In this document: positions 7,784 to 17,877 of the stretch, piece by piece
Position numbering within the stretch: the stretch's first letter is position 1
How the letters are laid out: each line of letters opens with the position of its first letter
From: Anaerolineae bacterium
Lineage (GTDB): Bacteria; Chloroflexota; Anaerolineae; UBA1429
Assembly: GCA_963675785.1 (NCBI GenBank)
Contig: OY776562.1
Location: 2,496,001-2,560,000 of the forward strand
DNA length: 64,000 nucleotides
Direction of reading: 5' to 3'
Translations under genes and position numbers: made by a program
Notes under the pieces: model-generated
Told to the model about the DNA's origin: nothing
The model's input: only the letters and a program-made list of their open reading frames with translations
Databases searched by the model: none

Positions 7784-8665
7784 ATGGAAGAAGAAAAAGT
7801 GGCTTTTGTCATCATGCCTTTTAGCAACACGACGAGTGAACATAAAGAGGAATATTGGACAGGCCACTTTGAGAAAATTTTAAAGCCTACAATTGAAAAA
7901 GTAGGATTAAAAGCAGAACGTTCAGACGAGCTTCGCGGTGATATTCTTGCCCAAATTATTAACAAGTTAGTCTTTTCTTATGTCGTTGTAGCGGAGCTGA
8001 CCGACTTGAACCCAAACGTGTTCTGGGAGTTAGGTGTTCGACAAAGCTTCAAGCACCGAACAATTACGATTGCTCAAAATGACACACCCCTTCCCTTTGA
8101 TGTTGGGCATAAGCATACACACTTTTATTATCCCCAAGATCATCTCAAGATGACAGAGTTTTATAAACAGTTTGAAAAAGCTTTGCGCAGCTGTCTAGAT
8201 GAACCCGACAAATCTGACAGTCAAGTCCTAGAGGTGTTAGGGGGAAGAGGAACTTTGTTCCAAATATTCCAAGCTGAGCAAACGAATAGAAGGCTAGAGG
8301 CCCTGGAACGAGAATTTGACGCGAATATCAAAATTATTAACGAAATCGAAGAAGATCTAAAAAACGCTGAAAAATCTAATTCCCATGTATGTGGACTTGC
8401 CTATTGCTTTGAAACCGCATGTCTTGAACTATTAGTAGCCCAATGTTATATAGAACTCAACAGTGAGTTTTATGAAACTGCGGCTGACACTTTGTTGCTG
8501 TTGAATAGATATAATGCAATGTTTACAGAAACGCCAAAGAATGAAAAAGGTGAGTTTCTAGACATAGCTAATACCAATGCATTATATGATATTCTACAAA
8601 GAAATTTTTCAGAACTAAAACATAATATACATTCCTTAACAGAACAAACTCGTCACAGAAAATAA
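7784..8665 (+). CDS. Nucleoside 2-deoxyribosyltransferase/TIR-like domain protein with helical C-terminus, low GC
   Basis: FVIMPF, RSDE, VVAELTDLNPNVFWELG, LPFDV motifs; GGAGG SD before ATG 7784. Confidence 0.78.
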   Translation: MEEEKVAFVIMPFSNTTSEHKEEYWTGHFEKILKPTIEKVGLKAERSDELRGDILAQIINKLVFSYVVVAELTDLNPNVFWELGVRQSFKHRTITIAQNDTPLPFDVGHKHTHFYYPQDHLKMTEFYKQFEKALRSCLDEPDKSDSQVLEVLGGRGTLFQIFQAEQTNRRLEALEREFDANIKIINEIEEDLKNAEKSNSHVCGLAYCFETACLELLVAQCYIELNSEFYETAADTLLLLNRYNAMFTETPKNEKGEFLDIANTNALYDILQRNFSELKHNIHSLTEQTRHRK

Positions 8666-8739
8666 CTTGACCAAAAAACAGTCCCTTCATGGAAGGTATT
8701 CATCAATTAGTCTCTGCGCCCCACACACAACAACAAAAC

Positions 8740-8769
8740 AAAGGGGCTATCCATACGGACAGTCCCTTT
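8740..8769 (-). terminator. Terminator directly after tRNA-His
   Basis: Minus strand AAAGGGACTGTCC-GTAT-GGATAGCCCCTTT then GTTTT. Confidence 0.65.
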
Positions 8770-8846
8770 TGGGGTGAGCGGTGGGGGTCGAACCCACGGT
8801 CTTCTGGGCCACAACCAGATGCCTTAACCACTCGGCTACGCCCACC
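8770..8846 (-). tRNA. tRNA-His(GTG) with encoded G-1 and CCA
   Basis: GGTGGGCGTAGCCGAGTGGTTAAGGC...TTGTGGC...GGTTCGACCCC...CTCACCCCA. Confidence 0.96.
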
Positions 8847-8917
8847 ATATTACCCGAATAATTTACCACAGAACGCCCAAACTGCAAACTTGCGCTCTGC
8901 TGGCCGGGCCTACAGGC

Positions 8918-9511
8918 CTACAATTCCTTGGGCGCTTTTTTGCTCTGCTGATAGACATAGATCATGCGGTGCAGCGCGGTTAGCGGCGCACCGATAGCCA
9001 GCACCCACAGGCCGATATTGGCATAACCCGCGATGAGGGCCACGATGACGATAATGGTGCGCTCCAGGCGGGTAAAAATGCCCACCTTGCAGTCGATCTC
9101 GACCGCCTCGGCGCGAGCGCGAGCATAGCTCACCAACATGGAGCCGACAATGGCCACATAGGCCAGAAGCACTTCAGTGGTAGCCCCCTGGGATGAATAC
9201 CACCAGGCCAGGCCAAAGAGAATCAGCGCCTCTGAGACGCGGTCGAGCACGGAATCGAGAAAGGCGCCAAAGCGGGTGCCTCCACCCATCAGCCGGGCCA
9301 GCGAACCGTCGATGGCGTCCAATCCAGCGGCCAGGATGAGCAACAGCCCACCCGCCAAATGCCAGCCCTGCGAAATCAGCACAGCCACCACAGCGTTGAG
9401 CACCGCCCCCAGAATAGTGACCGCATTGGGCGTCATGCCCAACTTTTGAAAGCCCCTAGCGATTCCCTGTACGAACGATGCCGTCACCCGGCGAGCCCAA
9501 GTCGAGAACAT
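8918..9511 (-). CDS. CDP-alcohol phosphatidyltransferase (PgsA/PIP synthase-like)
   Basis: TPNAVT and DAIDGSLAR...GAFLDSVLDR signature; start set to MFSTW. Confidence 0.92.
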   Translation of the reverse strand: MFSTWARRVTASFVQGIARGFQKLGMTPNAVTILGAVLNAVVAVLISQGWHLAGGLLLILAAGLDAIDGSLARLMGGGTRFGAFLDSVLDRVSEALILFGLAWWYSSQGATTEVLLAYVAIVGSMLVSYARARAEAVEIDCKVGIFTRLERTIIVIVALIAGYANIGLWVLAIGAPLTALHRMIYVYQQSKKAPKEL

Positions 9512-9619
9512 GTTTGCTCCTCTCAGCAATGCGCCATGGTAATCCTGCGGGGCGCACCCTGTCAATTATCTTGTCATCAGAGTATCGGCCAAACCGGCCT
9601 GGCGGGCAATTGGTGCCTA

Positions 9620-9648
9620 TTGACAGACCCCCGCTCCAAGTCTAGACT
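9620..9648 (+). promoter_or_regulatory. Sigma70-type promoter for radC
   Basis: TTGACA (9620-9625)-N17-TAGACT (9643-9648). Confidence 0.65.
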
Positions 9649-9676
9649 CGGGTAGGCACAAAAAAACGGGGCATTC

Positions 9677-10375
9677 ATGGACAACAATCGGGGCTATACC
9701 ATCAAGGAATTGCCCTCTGACGAACGGCCGCGCGAGCGTCTGATCCAGAACGGCGCCACCTATCTCTCCAACAGCGAGCTCATCGCCATCGCGCTACGCA
9801 CCGGCGGGGCCGGGCAGAACGTGATGGGGTTGGCTGATGCGTTGTTGGCCCGTTTTGGCGGCTTGGCCGAGCTGGCCCAGGCCAGCAGCACCGAATTGTG
9901 CGAGGTGCCCGGCATTGGTCCAGCCAAGGCTGCCCAGTTGTTGGCCGCTTTTGAGATGGGTCGGCGCATGGTCATGATCAATAACGATGGCCGCGCGCGC
10001 ATCTCCAGCCCCGACGACGTAGCCCGCTTTTTAATGGCCTCCATGGCCGGCCTGCAGCAAGAAGAGCTGCACGTGCTGGTGCTGGACGTCAAGAACTATG
10101 TGCGCAAACACGCCCGCATCTATCGCGGCAACACCAGCAGCGCCTCTATTCGCGCAGGCGAAGTGTTCCGCGAGGCCGTGCGTGATAACGCCACTTCCGT
10201 CATCATCGCCCACAATCATCCCAGCGGCGATCCGACGCCGTCAGCCGACGACATCGCCGTCACCCGCGACCTGGTGCAGGCCGGCAAGCTCCTGGACATC
10301 CAGGTGCTCGACCACCTGATCATCGGCAGCGGCCGCTGGGCCAGCCTCAAAAGTATGGGGCTGGGTGGACTATAA
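9677..10375 (+). CDS. radC: RadC/UPF0758 JAB-domain protein
   Basis: ERPRERL, GIGPAKA HhH motif, AHNHPSGDPTPSADD, VLDHLII. Confidence 0.96.
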   Translation: MDNNRGYTIKELPSDERPRERLIQNGATYLSNSELIAIALRTGGAGQNVMGLADALLARFGGLAELAQASSTELCEVPGIGPAKAAQLLAAFEMGRRMVMINNDGRARISSPDDVARFLMASMAGLQQEELHVLVLDVKNYVRKHARIYRGNTSSASIRAGEVFREAVRDNATSVIIAHNHPSGDPTPSADDIAVTRDLVQAGKLLDIQVLDHLIIGSGRWASLKSMGLGGL

Positions 10376-10389
10376 CAATAGAGGTATAT

Positions 10390-11163
10390 ATGCCAATCAA
10401 TCTTCCGGTACGACACAACCCCAAGCTGGCCCAGGTGCTAGAACGCATCAACACAGATGAAGAGCTGCACCAGCTTTGGAAGTGCGCCAACATCAACGCC
10501 GTGGACCGCTCGGGTATTTCCGACCACGGTGAGGTGCATATTCGCATCGTCGCCAACATCGCCCTGAAGCTGCTGCGTCTGCTGCGCGATGCCGAGGTGC
10601 CCATGAGCATCGTCACCGACCACGAGATGACCTATGAGGACGCCGAGGTGGTGGTCATTTTAGGCGCCTGCTGCCACGACCTGGGCATCAGCATTCACCG
10701 CCATCGCCACGAGGAATACAGCCTCATTTTAGCAGACCGCAAAGCCCGTGAGCTGCTCGATGGCATCTATGACATCACCGATCGCACCACCGTCACCAGC
10801 GAAGTGCTGCATGCCGTGGCCGCCCATCGCTCGGACGAAAAGTGCCTCACCATTGAAGCCAGCGTGCTCAAGCTGGCTGATGCCCTGGACATGACCAAGG
10901 GCCGCTCGCGTATTCCTTTTGAGACCGGCACCGTCAACATTCACGCCGTATCCGCTGCCGCCATCGACGAGGTGTCGCTCAGCGCTGGTGAAGACAAGCC
11001 CATCCGCATCGACATCAAGATGAACAACTCAGCGGGCATCTTTCAGATCGACGAGCTGCTCAAGAGCAAGCTGGCCAGCACCACCATCATCCAATACGTG
11101 CAGCTCTTTGCCCGTGTCGAGGGCGAATCGGAGCGCAACCTGGTCGAGTTTTACTCTCTCTAG
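10390..11163 (+). CDS. HD-domain phosphohydrolase
   Basis: DHGEVH, CHDLG, ADALDMTKGRSR. Confidence 0.88.
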   Translation: MPINLPVRHNPKLAQVLERINTDEELHQLWKCANINAVDRSGISDHGEVHIRIVANIALKLLRLLRDAEVPMSIVTDHEMTYEDAEVVVILGACCHDLGISIHRHRHEEYSLILADRKARELLDGIYDITDRTTVTSEVLHAVAAHRSDEKCLTIEASVLKLADALDMTKGRSRIPFETGTVNIHAVSAAAIDEVSLSAGEDKPIRIDIKMNNSAGIFQIDELLKSKLASTTIIQYVQLFARVEGESERNLVEFYSL

Positions 11164-11176
11164 AACGGGAGGGTCT

Positions 11177-11749
11177 ATGGGAAAGATCAAAGAGCCAGAA
11201 CCTGTTAAACTCGTCATGCCCATGTTTGGGCATGACCCCACATTGTTCGCGCAAGCTATCGCCGAACTGGAAAAGACGTTTGGCCCCACCGATTACGTGA
11301 GCGAAATCATCCCCTTTACCTTTACCCACTATTACCAAGCCGAATTTGGCGCTGACCTGCTGCGCCAGTTCGCCTCGTTCGAGCGCCTCATCGGCCAGGA
11401 CGAACTGGCCGATGTCAAAGTGTTGACCAACGAGCTCGAATATGCCCTGGGTCAGGATGGCAAACGCGGTCTCAACCTCGATCCCGGCTATATGTCGCCG
11501 GGCAAGTTTGTGCTGGCCACCACCAAGAACTATTCCCAGCGCATCTATATCGGCAAGGGCATTTTTGCCGAGGTCACGCTGTACATCCGCGATGGCCGCT
11601 TTTGCACCTGGCCCTGGACCTATAGCGATTACGCCTCAAAAGAATACGCCCAAATCCTCGGTGAGATTCGGGCGTTGTACATGGAGCAGCGCAAAGCACG
11701 TCAGACCTATTCGGCTACTAGGGCCACATCCGAGACCAAACTCTCGTAA
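11177..11749 (+). CDS. DUF4416 family protein
   Basis: YYQAEFG, NLDPGY, LATTKNYSQRIY, WTYSDY; 3' end overlaps the convergent gene. Confidence 0.82.
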   Translation: MGKIKEPEPVKLVMPMFGHDPTLFAQAIAELEKTFGPTDYVSEIIPFTFTHYYQAEFGADLLRQFASFERLIGQDELADVKVLTNELEYALGQDGKRGLNLDPGYMSPGKFVLATTKNYSQRIYIGKGIFAEVTLYIRDGRFCTWPWTYSDYASKEYAQILGEIRALYMEQRKARQTYSATRATSETKLS

Positions 11750-12915
11750 TCCCAGCCCGAAGCATAAATGCGAATACTGAGAATGCGATAAGGCGGCACC
11801 GGCAGGCTGTCGAGTAGGTTTTCTGATTCGTAGGGATACCACTGATCGGCGGTGATCTGCGTGCCATACATGGTAGGGGTGTTGGAGGGGTTCTCGATGT
11901 AGAACCCCTGAATCCATTCCGCTTCGCTGTCGTACGAATCGCGATAGGTAATGCGCAGCATCAGCGGATATTCAGAGGACAAATAGCCACCGCCCGAGAG
12001 GCTCTGCGAGCGCACCTTGACCGAAGCCCGAATCACTAGCGAGGTGGCCGTATCAGGGATCAACTCATCGATGGTCTGCTCCATAATGGTCTCGCAATGG
12101 TTGCCATAACCGCCGCTACGCTCGAATTGTACGGCTGTGCGGCCCTCATCTTCCAGCACCGTCACCGTACCGTCTGCCTCTCCCGCATCCGTGCCCTGGT
12201 CATTGTAAATCTGCCAGGTCGATTCCAGGCTATCGCGGAAGGAGCCATTGGTGATCATGTCCTTGGCTACCGACATAGCTTCAGAGGGTGCCGAGCCGGC
12301 CATAATCTCGCTACGCTCGCGTGCTCCCAGAGCGACGGTAGCACTCTGGGCCGAAACTACCGCCGTGCCGCGATAGACATCGATGGAGGCCATCTGGCTA
12401 TCAACCTCGATGGTATAGCTGCCATCCGCCGAAAGCTGGGCTGAAGCCATGGAAGTGTTGAGCGAATAATCGAGGCCTGAGCCGTCATCGAATACAGTCG
12501 AAAGGCGAATCTTGCCGGCGATGAGGGTTAGGCTCACCGTATGTGGCATGGTGCCCCAACGGTAACGCGGCGCACGTAACTCGTCCAACTGTACCGTGGT
12601 GCCCGGGTAGAGGTGCATAAAGCTCATATCGGCAAAGGTGACCACCGCCTCAGAGGTTTCATCTACATAGATGATGGTCCCCTCGGAAACTTCGGCCGTC
12701 TGATCCTTGGTCACCGGTGTGGGGCCTACCCCCACAATGGGGTCAATCACCACGGTGCCCATCAGGGTCTCCAGAATGGCTGGTTGCTCATCTTCGGCCG
12801 TCACCACGTAATGGCGAACCCCCACGGGCACCCCGACGATGATGGCAATAAAGACAAACAGCGCGGACCAAAGAATGAACCACGCCGTTCGTTCAGGTTT
12901 AGCACGCATCGTCAA
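11707..12915 (-). CDS. Membrane-anchored FecR-domain protein with a C-terminal carbohydrate-binding-like domain
   Basis: N-terminal TM; FecR-like VTFADMSFMHLYPGT...LIAGKI; ITNGSF...W beta-sandwich start. Confidence 0.65.
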   Translation of the reverse strand: MTMRAKPERTAWFILWSALFVFIAIIVGVPVGVRHYVVTAEDEQPAILETLMGTVVIDPIVGVGPTPVTKDQTAEVSEGTIIYVDETSEAVVTFADMSFMHLYPGTTVQLDELRAPRYRWGTMPHTVSLTLIAGKIRLSTVFDDGSGLDYSLNTSMASAQLSADGSYTIEVDSQMASIDVYRGTAVVSAQSATVALGARERSEIMAGSAPSEAMSVAKDMITNGSFRDSLESTWQIYNDQGTDAGEADGTVTVLEDEGRTAVQFERSGGYGNHCETIMEQTIDELIPDTATSLVIRASVKVRSQSLSGGGYLSSEYPLMLRITYRDSYDSEAEWIQGFYIENPSNTPTMYGTQITADQWYPYESENLLDSLPVPPYRILSIRIYASGWDYESLVSDVALVAE

Positions 12916-13199
12916 ATCACCTCAAAATGATTGAATTCGCCAGTAGGGCTGCGCCATTCGTGATCTACGCGGGTCACATGGGCCATCATAGGCCCCTGTT
13001 CGAGCCAGGAGAGAAAGGTTTCAAGCTGCAATCGGCGCCCCTCGGCGACTACGTGCACACTGCCATCCCAACAGTTCTGCACCGTGCCCACAATATTCAT
13101 GGCCTCGGCGCGCTCTACCGCGCTATAGCGAAAGCCCACGCCCTGCACCCGGCCATAGATATCGGCCACCAGGCGGCTCTGCTCGGAATCCATCAGCAA
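12912..13199 (-). CDS. acyP: Acylphosphatase
   Basis: GRVQGVGFRY signature, GTVQN..DGSV. Confidence 0.95.
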   Translation of the reverse strand: MLMDSEQSRLVADIYGRVQGVGFRYSAVERAEAMNIVGTVQNCWDGSVHVVAEGRRLQLETFLSWLEQGPMMAHVTRVDHEWRSPTGEFNHFEVI

Positions 13200-13201
13200 C
13201 C

Positions 13202-14362
13202 TTACTCAAAGTCGAGGAATTCGTCAGGCCAGTCGGTATCTTCTTCCTCGCCTTCGTCCTCGTCGTAATCATCATCATGAACGTGTGTATGCGGATGATC
13301 CTGTTCGTCTTCATCGTCAATTTCGTACACATCGTCATCATCGTCCGGCACACTGCTGTCAACCAAGAGCTCGTCTGCGTTGTATTCATGCACGAACATT
13401 TGCATAGGGCGTGTGGCGAATTCGATCTCGTCGAGTGCCGCCTCGGCCGCCAGGGCCTGCGCCTCATTCCCGTTTTCCAGCAAAAAGTCGAGCACTTCTT
13501 TGGCGCGCTTGCCGCCGATTTGGCCTAAGGCCCAAATGGCTATTTCTTGAACCTCGCCATCCAAGTCCTCCGTCAGGGCGATCAAGCGCTCGATAGCTGG
13601 CTCCAAACCTAGCTCGCCTGCCGCCCGAACCGCCTCGTAACGCATGGCCGGTTCCGCACTGCCCAACTCGGAGAGAACAATTGGCGCCCAACGCGGCTCA
13701 GCCGTACGCCCCATGGCAAACAGCGAACTCTGACGCATGCGCGGATCTTCGTGGTCATAGGCCAGATCGATGAGGTCCATGACCCAATCCTCAGCCAAGT
13801 AGGCAATAGATTCCAAAGCCCGCCGCTGTACTTCAATGTCAGGACCCTGTTGAACGGCATCATGCAAAGCATCGCGAACCAAGGCCGCACGGCGCTCGTC
13901 GAGTTCATCGCACTCGGCCATGAACATATAGCGCCCCAATGAAGTCGCCGCCGCCGCACGCACACCGAAATCGGAATCGTGGCCCAGTAGTTTGACCAGT
14001 GGTCGGATGAACTGAATGCGATCATGTTCCCACAGGCCATTGATGGCGCTCTCGCGCACACGGGCATCTTCATCAGCCAGCAAGCGAAAGAACAGGTCCA
14101 CAAAGTCCAGCCTAAAGTCCAATTCGGCCTGTTGCACCATGCGATCCACGAGCTCTCGCCGTCGCATCAAGTCTACATCGGCCAAGCCCATCAAAAACTC
14201 GCTCATGTCCGGCTCGATCAAAGAAGAAAAGCTTGAGAGCATGTTCGCATCAATATCTTGCCCGTTCAGTAGATTGCTCAGACCCGTTCTGAAATCAGGA
14301 AGGCTGGAGACATTCTCATCTATATATTCTTCCATCTTGTCGGCCTCATTAGCATCATCCAT
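13202..14362 (-). CDS. HEAT-repeat protein with an acidic/His-rich C-terminal tail
   Basis: Repeated VRxxAxxxLG units; tail DDDDD...HPHTHVHDDDYDEDEGEEED. Confidence 0.85.
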   Translation of the reverse strand: MDDANEADKMEEYIDENVSSLPDFRTGLSNLLNGQDIDANMLSSFSSLIEPDMSEFLMGLADVDLMRRRELVDRMVQQAELDFRLDFVDLFFRLLADEDARVRESAINGLWEHDRIQFIRPLVKLLGHDSDFGVRAAAATSLGRYMFMAECDELDERRAALVRDALHDAVQQGPDIEVQRRALESIAYLAEDWVMDLIDLAYDHEDPRMRQSSLFAMGRTAEPRWAPIVLSELGSAEPAMRYEAVRAAGELGLEPAIERLIALTEDLDGEVQEIAIWALGQIGGKRAKEVLDFLLENGNEAQALAAEAALDEIEFATRPMQMFVHEYNADELLVDSSVPDDDDDVYEIDDEDEQDHPHTHVHDDDYDEDEGEEEDTDWPDEFLDFE

Positions 14363-15395
14363 AGTATCGCTGCACGTCCCAAATCGTCACGACCACAAAC
14401 ATAGCCAGCAAAACCATCATGCCGATGGCATGTACCATACCCTCTTTTTCCGGGGCAACGCGCTTGCCGCGCCGAATCCATTCTAGCAATACAAACACCA
14501 CGCGTCCGCCATCCAGTGCTGGCAAGGGGAACATGTTGAACAGAGCAAGGTTCAGGCTCAACCAAGCAGCAAAACTCAGCGTATCCACCAGGCCGCTTTG
14601 GGCAACCTCTGTGGTCATATTATAGATGCCAACCACACCGGTCACTTCGAGCTTCATATTGCCAACAATGGTCTGCTGCAGAGCCCAAAAGAGGTTACGA
14701 ACACTATTATATGCCGCCTGAAAGCCCTTGGGAATGGCCTGCCAAATCGGATAGGACTGCGTGGACAGGGGGAGCGATATAGAAATACCCAAGGCTCCCT
14801 CACCCTCTGGTGGATCGACACGAGGCACCACCGTCACTGGATCGAGTTGCTCACCGTCACGCTCGACAACAATGGTGAGTTCCTGACCAACGTTCTCGGC
14901 GATCATGTCGCCAGCCTGGTCAGCCGAATCGATAGCAACGCCATTCAACGAGATGATATTATCACCCGATTGAAGACCCGCGCTCTCCGCAGGTGAATTC
15001 ACAGAGATGCTATAAATGCCCGCGCCGGGTTCTTCCATAGGCACAAGCGTACCGATGGTAAAAACGGCGGCATAAAGCGCGATGGCCAGCAGCAGGTTCA
15101 TCAAAGCACCCGCCGAAAAGACAATGAGGCGTACCCAAATTGGTTTGTTAGCCACACTGCCGGGCTCTGAAGGATCATCCTCTGACATGAGCACAAAGCC
15201 ACCAACGGGCAGCGCATTTAGGGTGATCTCAGTGCCATGCCAAGTACCCAGCTTGGCAATGCGCGGCGGATAGCCAAAGCCAAACTCGGAAACCGTAACC
15301 CCGGCCAGCTTGGCAGTGACAAAATGGCCAAATTCGTGCACAAATATCAGCACGCTAAAAACAATAATGAACGTAATCAAACCCAACATAGTCAA
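14355..15395 (-). CDS. rseP: RseP-like M50 intramembrane metalloprotease with PDZ domain
   Basis: HEFGH, GFGYPP, PDZ (SPAESAGLQSGD), NMFPLPALDGG. Confidence 0.92.
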   Translation of the reverse strand: MTMLGLITFIIVFSVLIFVHEFGHFVTAKLAGVTVSEFGFGYPPRIAKLGTWHGTEITLNALPVGGFVLMSEDDPSEPGSVANKPIWVRLIVFSAGALMNLLLAIALYAAVFTIGTLVPMEEPGAGIYSISVNSPAESAGLQSGDNIISLNGVAIDSADQAGDMIAENVGQELTIVVERDGEQLDPVTVVPRVDPPEGEGALGISISLPLSTQSYPIWQAIPKGFQAAYNSVRNLFWALQQTIVGNMKLEVTGVVGIYNMTTEVAQSGLVDTLSFAAWLSLNLALFNMFPLPALDGGRVVFVLLEWIRRGKRVAPEKEGMVHAIGMMVLLAMFVVVTIWDVQRYYG

Positions 15396-16240
15396 CCCTT
15401 ATCTTGGCGGGCCACGAGCGTGCCCGCTGCATAATCAGAATCGATCAAGGCCACTTCAAGCTGTCTCGGGATGACGCCCGAGAATAATCTCACCGAAAGT
15501 CCATCCAAGTCAGTCACCAAACGCAACAGGGATTCAACTTTGGAGAGCATACCGCCAGTTACATCGGTGGCATTGGAAGCAGACAACCAACCACGAACCT
15601 TATCATACCTGTCAGGAGAGATGCACGCTATTCTGCGCGCAGTGGGGTCCAGGGTGGGATCTCCTGTGTAAACGCCATCCACCTGCCCCACCATGAGCAT
15701 ACGGGCAGGATGCAATCTTGGCGCCAGATACTCGAATATCATCTCGGTAGAAGCGATGGTACAGCCGCGCACCGAATCCAGTGCCACATCGCCATAAACC
15801 AAGGGCACACAGCCCTGGGCCAGTAATTGCTCGATGACGCGCGTATCCATGTGCTGCACTGCCCCATCCACACAATTCAACAAAGCCGAGGGCTGCACCG
15901 AAACCGCAGGCACGCCCGATTCGACTAAAGCATCAGTCATGACACGATTGAGGCGCCCAGCTGCTGCACCAGTCAGCACATAGCCGGTCATATCGCGCCG
16001 ACCATGTTCGTCATAACAGCCGTCGCGCACACTATAACGCGCCGCATAAACGTGGCCAAAGGAGCCGCTGCCATGGCCCAGAACCACTCGCAAATCGGGG
16101 CGAACAGCAAGCGCGGCCGCAATCTCACGGGCTAAACGGCCAATCACATCGATATTGGCAACCTCGTCGGCCTGCTTATCGGTGATAACCGAACCACCCA
16201 ACTTGATAAAGACGAGCTCACTCAAACCAGAGTTCCTCAC
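15392..16240 (-). CDS. Isopentenyl phosphate kinase (amino-acid kinase family)
   Basis: [20 protein letters not shown] (IPK-type His), [13 protein letters not shown]. Confidence 0.85.
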   Translation of the reverse strand: MRNSGLSELVFIKLGGSVITDKQADEVANIDVIGRLAREIAAALAVRPDLRVVLGHGSGSFGHVYAARYSVRDGCYDEHGRRDMTGYVLTGAAAGRLNRVMTDALVESGVPAVSVQPSALLNCVDGAVQHMDTRVIEQLLAQGCVPLVYGDVALDSVRGCTIASTEMIFEYLAPRLHPARMLMVGQVDGVYTGDPTLDPTARRIACISPDRYDKVRGWLSASNATDVTGGMLSKVESLLRLVTDLDGLSVRLFSGVIPRQLEVALIDSDYAAGTLVARQDKG

Positions 16241-16622
16241 CTGCTATATGCACCTGCATACCCGTACGGAGCTTACTTGTATCCACCTGATCCACCATGG
16301 GGATTTCGGCAATCAATGCGCCAACCGCCACAATCGCCTCACTCTCGGCATTCACCATGGCGGCCGGAGCCAACCCATTCTTTTTGAGGCGATAAATGGT
16401 ATAAGAACCCACTGTGCTGCCCTTGCCGTAAGGGAAGACCAGCACTTTGTTGGTAATACATTGGCCACACAACGGATGCGCTGGATCGACGATAATGCCC
16501 GTGTCTGGGTCGACGCCACCGAGAAAACCAATGGGAATCTCGGTAACCAAAGCCTCGCCCTCAGCAGAGCCTTTGAAAATGCTTCGACAGGTCAAGTGAT
16601 TCATCGGTTGCATCCGCTCCAA
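16218..16622 (-). CDS. Aconitase X swivel subunit (DUF126); probable phosphomevalonate dehydratase small subunit
   Basis: [28 protein letters not shown]. Confidence 0.88.
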   Translation of the reverse strand: MERMQPMNHLTCRSIFKGSAEGEALVTEIPIGFLGGVDPDTGIIVDPAHPLCGQCITNKVLVFPYGKGSTVGSYTIYRLKKNGLAPAAMVNAESEAIVAVGALIAEIPMVDQVDTSKLRTGMQVHIAGEELWFE

Positions 16623-17872
16623 CGGCCGCTCACCGCCGCCTCAATGCACTGCTGCAAGCTGCCTAAATGAGGCAACAGTCCTGAATGCGGCAGGGCATAA
16701 GCCGCCATCTTGGCCGAATTGGTGGCCAGAGAATGATAATTCAGCTCGCTCATGGGCGCCACCACCACACAGCCATCGGCCACTACCATACCGCCAGCCC
16801 GCTCGATAGCCTCGACATAGCCCAATTCGACGCTGCGATCTTTGACCTGGCGCGAGGTGGTGACCCACAGCATGGCGCTGAGCGTTTGGCCTTCGACCGC
16901 ATCAGCTACCGCCCGCAATTCTTGCAGCGAGGCGTGGGGGCAGCCAATCACCACCAAATCGATAACCTGTTCAGAGGCGTTCAAAGCCGCATAAGCGGGT
17001 TCGAGTGAATCCACTGTCACCTTGATGACCTTATCGAGCAGTAAATCCTTACGCTCGCGTGCCTCAGGGGTGATGCCTTGGAGATGGTAAAGCGCCACCG
17101 CCCCACTAGAGGCCAAGGCTGCGCCTAATAACTTGAACGAATCTGCATAGATCGAATCGACCAAAGCAGAACGTCCTTCCTCAGAGAAATCAATACCAGA
17201 CAGTTCGAGCCCCTTAACATAAGGCACGCCGTTACCAGCCAATTTGCCCACGATATAGCCCAGAGCGGCGAATTCGTGAGGCTCATGCACAGGGCAGCGT
17301 ACCTCGACGAGATGCGTCGCCCGGCGACCCGCATCGGTATGCAGGCCATAATCCGCGGTGCGCCCGCAAACCGCCGAGGCCAAGGCACTGGGGCCACCCT
17401 CACGGTTGGTGCGAGCGCCGAGCACCGAGTTGGCAAAGGCTACGGCACTGGATTCGCTCCAGGCTATATGCTCCCCCAAGCCCGGGAGGTTACCCACCAG
17501 ATAAGGCGTGCACGTGCATGTGGGTTGAATACCCATGGACACATAGGCCTCTATCGTCGCCTGCTGACGCGAGGCAAAAGCCGCAGAAAAGCCCATGCGC
17601 TGCCAATCGCGCATGTCCATGCCTGCCGGGTTGAGTGTAGTCGGCACGCACACCCGAGCGCCCTCGCTGGCCCAATCCTGAATAAAAGAAAGTCCGGCCT
17701 CGCCCAGGTTACGGTAACTTACGCCGGCAACCTGCACCGATTCCACTGGCAAAAGGCGGCTAGCACCGTACACCCGCCCCAGTGTTTCCACAATCTCCAT
17801 GGCACGCTGGACGGCCCGCCCTTGCTTGCCAGCCAGCATACTTTTTTCTGTATCGGTAAGCGTTAACATCAT
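16601..17872 (-). CDS. Aconitase X catalytic subunit (DUF521); probable phosphomevalonate dehydratase large subunit
   Basis: [52 protein letters not shown]. Confidence 0.9.
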   Translation of the reverse strand: MMLTLTDTEKSMLAGKQGRAVQRAMEIVETLGRVYGASRLLPVESVQVAGVSYRNLGEAGLSFIQDWASEGARVCVPTTLNPAGMDMRDWQRMGFSAAFASRQQATIEAYVSMGIQPTCTCTPYLVGNLPGLGEHIAWSESSAVAFANSVLGARTNREGGPSALASAVCGRTADYGLHTDAGRRATHLVEVRCPVHEPHEFAALGYIVGKLAGNGVPYVKGLELSGIDFSEEGRSALVDSIYADSFKLLGAALASSGAVALYHLQGITPEARERKDLLLDKVIKVTVDSLEPAYAALNASEQVIDLVVIGCPHASLQELRAVADAVEGQTLSAMLWVTTSRQVKDRSVELGYVEAIERAGGMVVADGCVVVAPMSELNYHSLATNSAKMAAYALPHSGLLPHLGSLQQCIEAAVSGRWSGCNR

Positions 17873-17877
17873 ACTAT

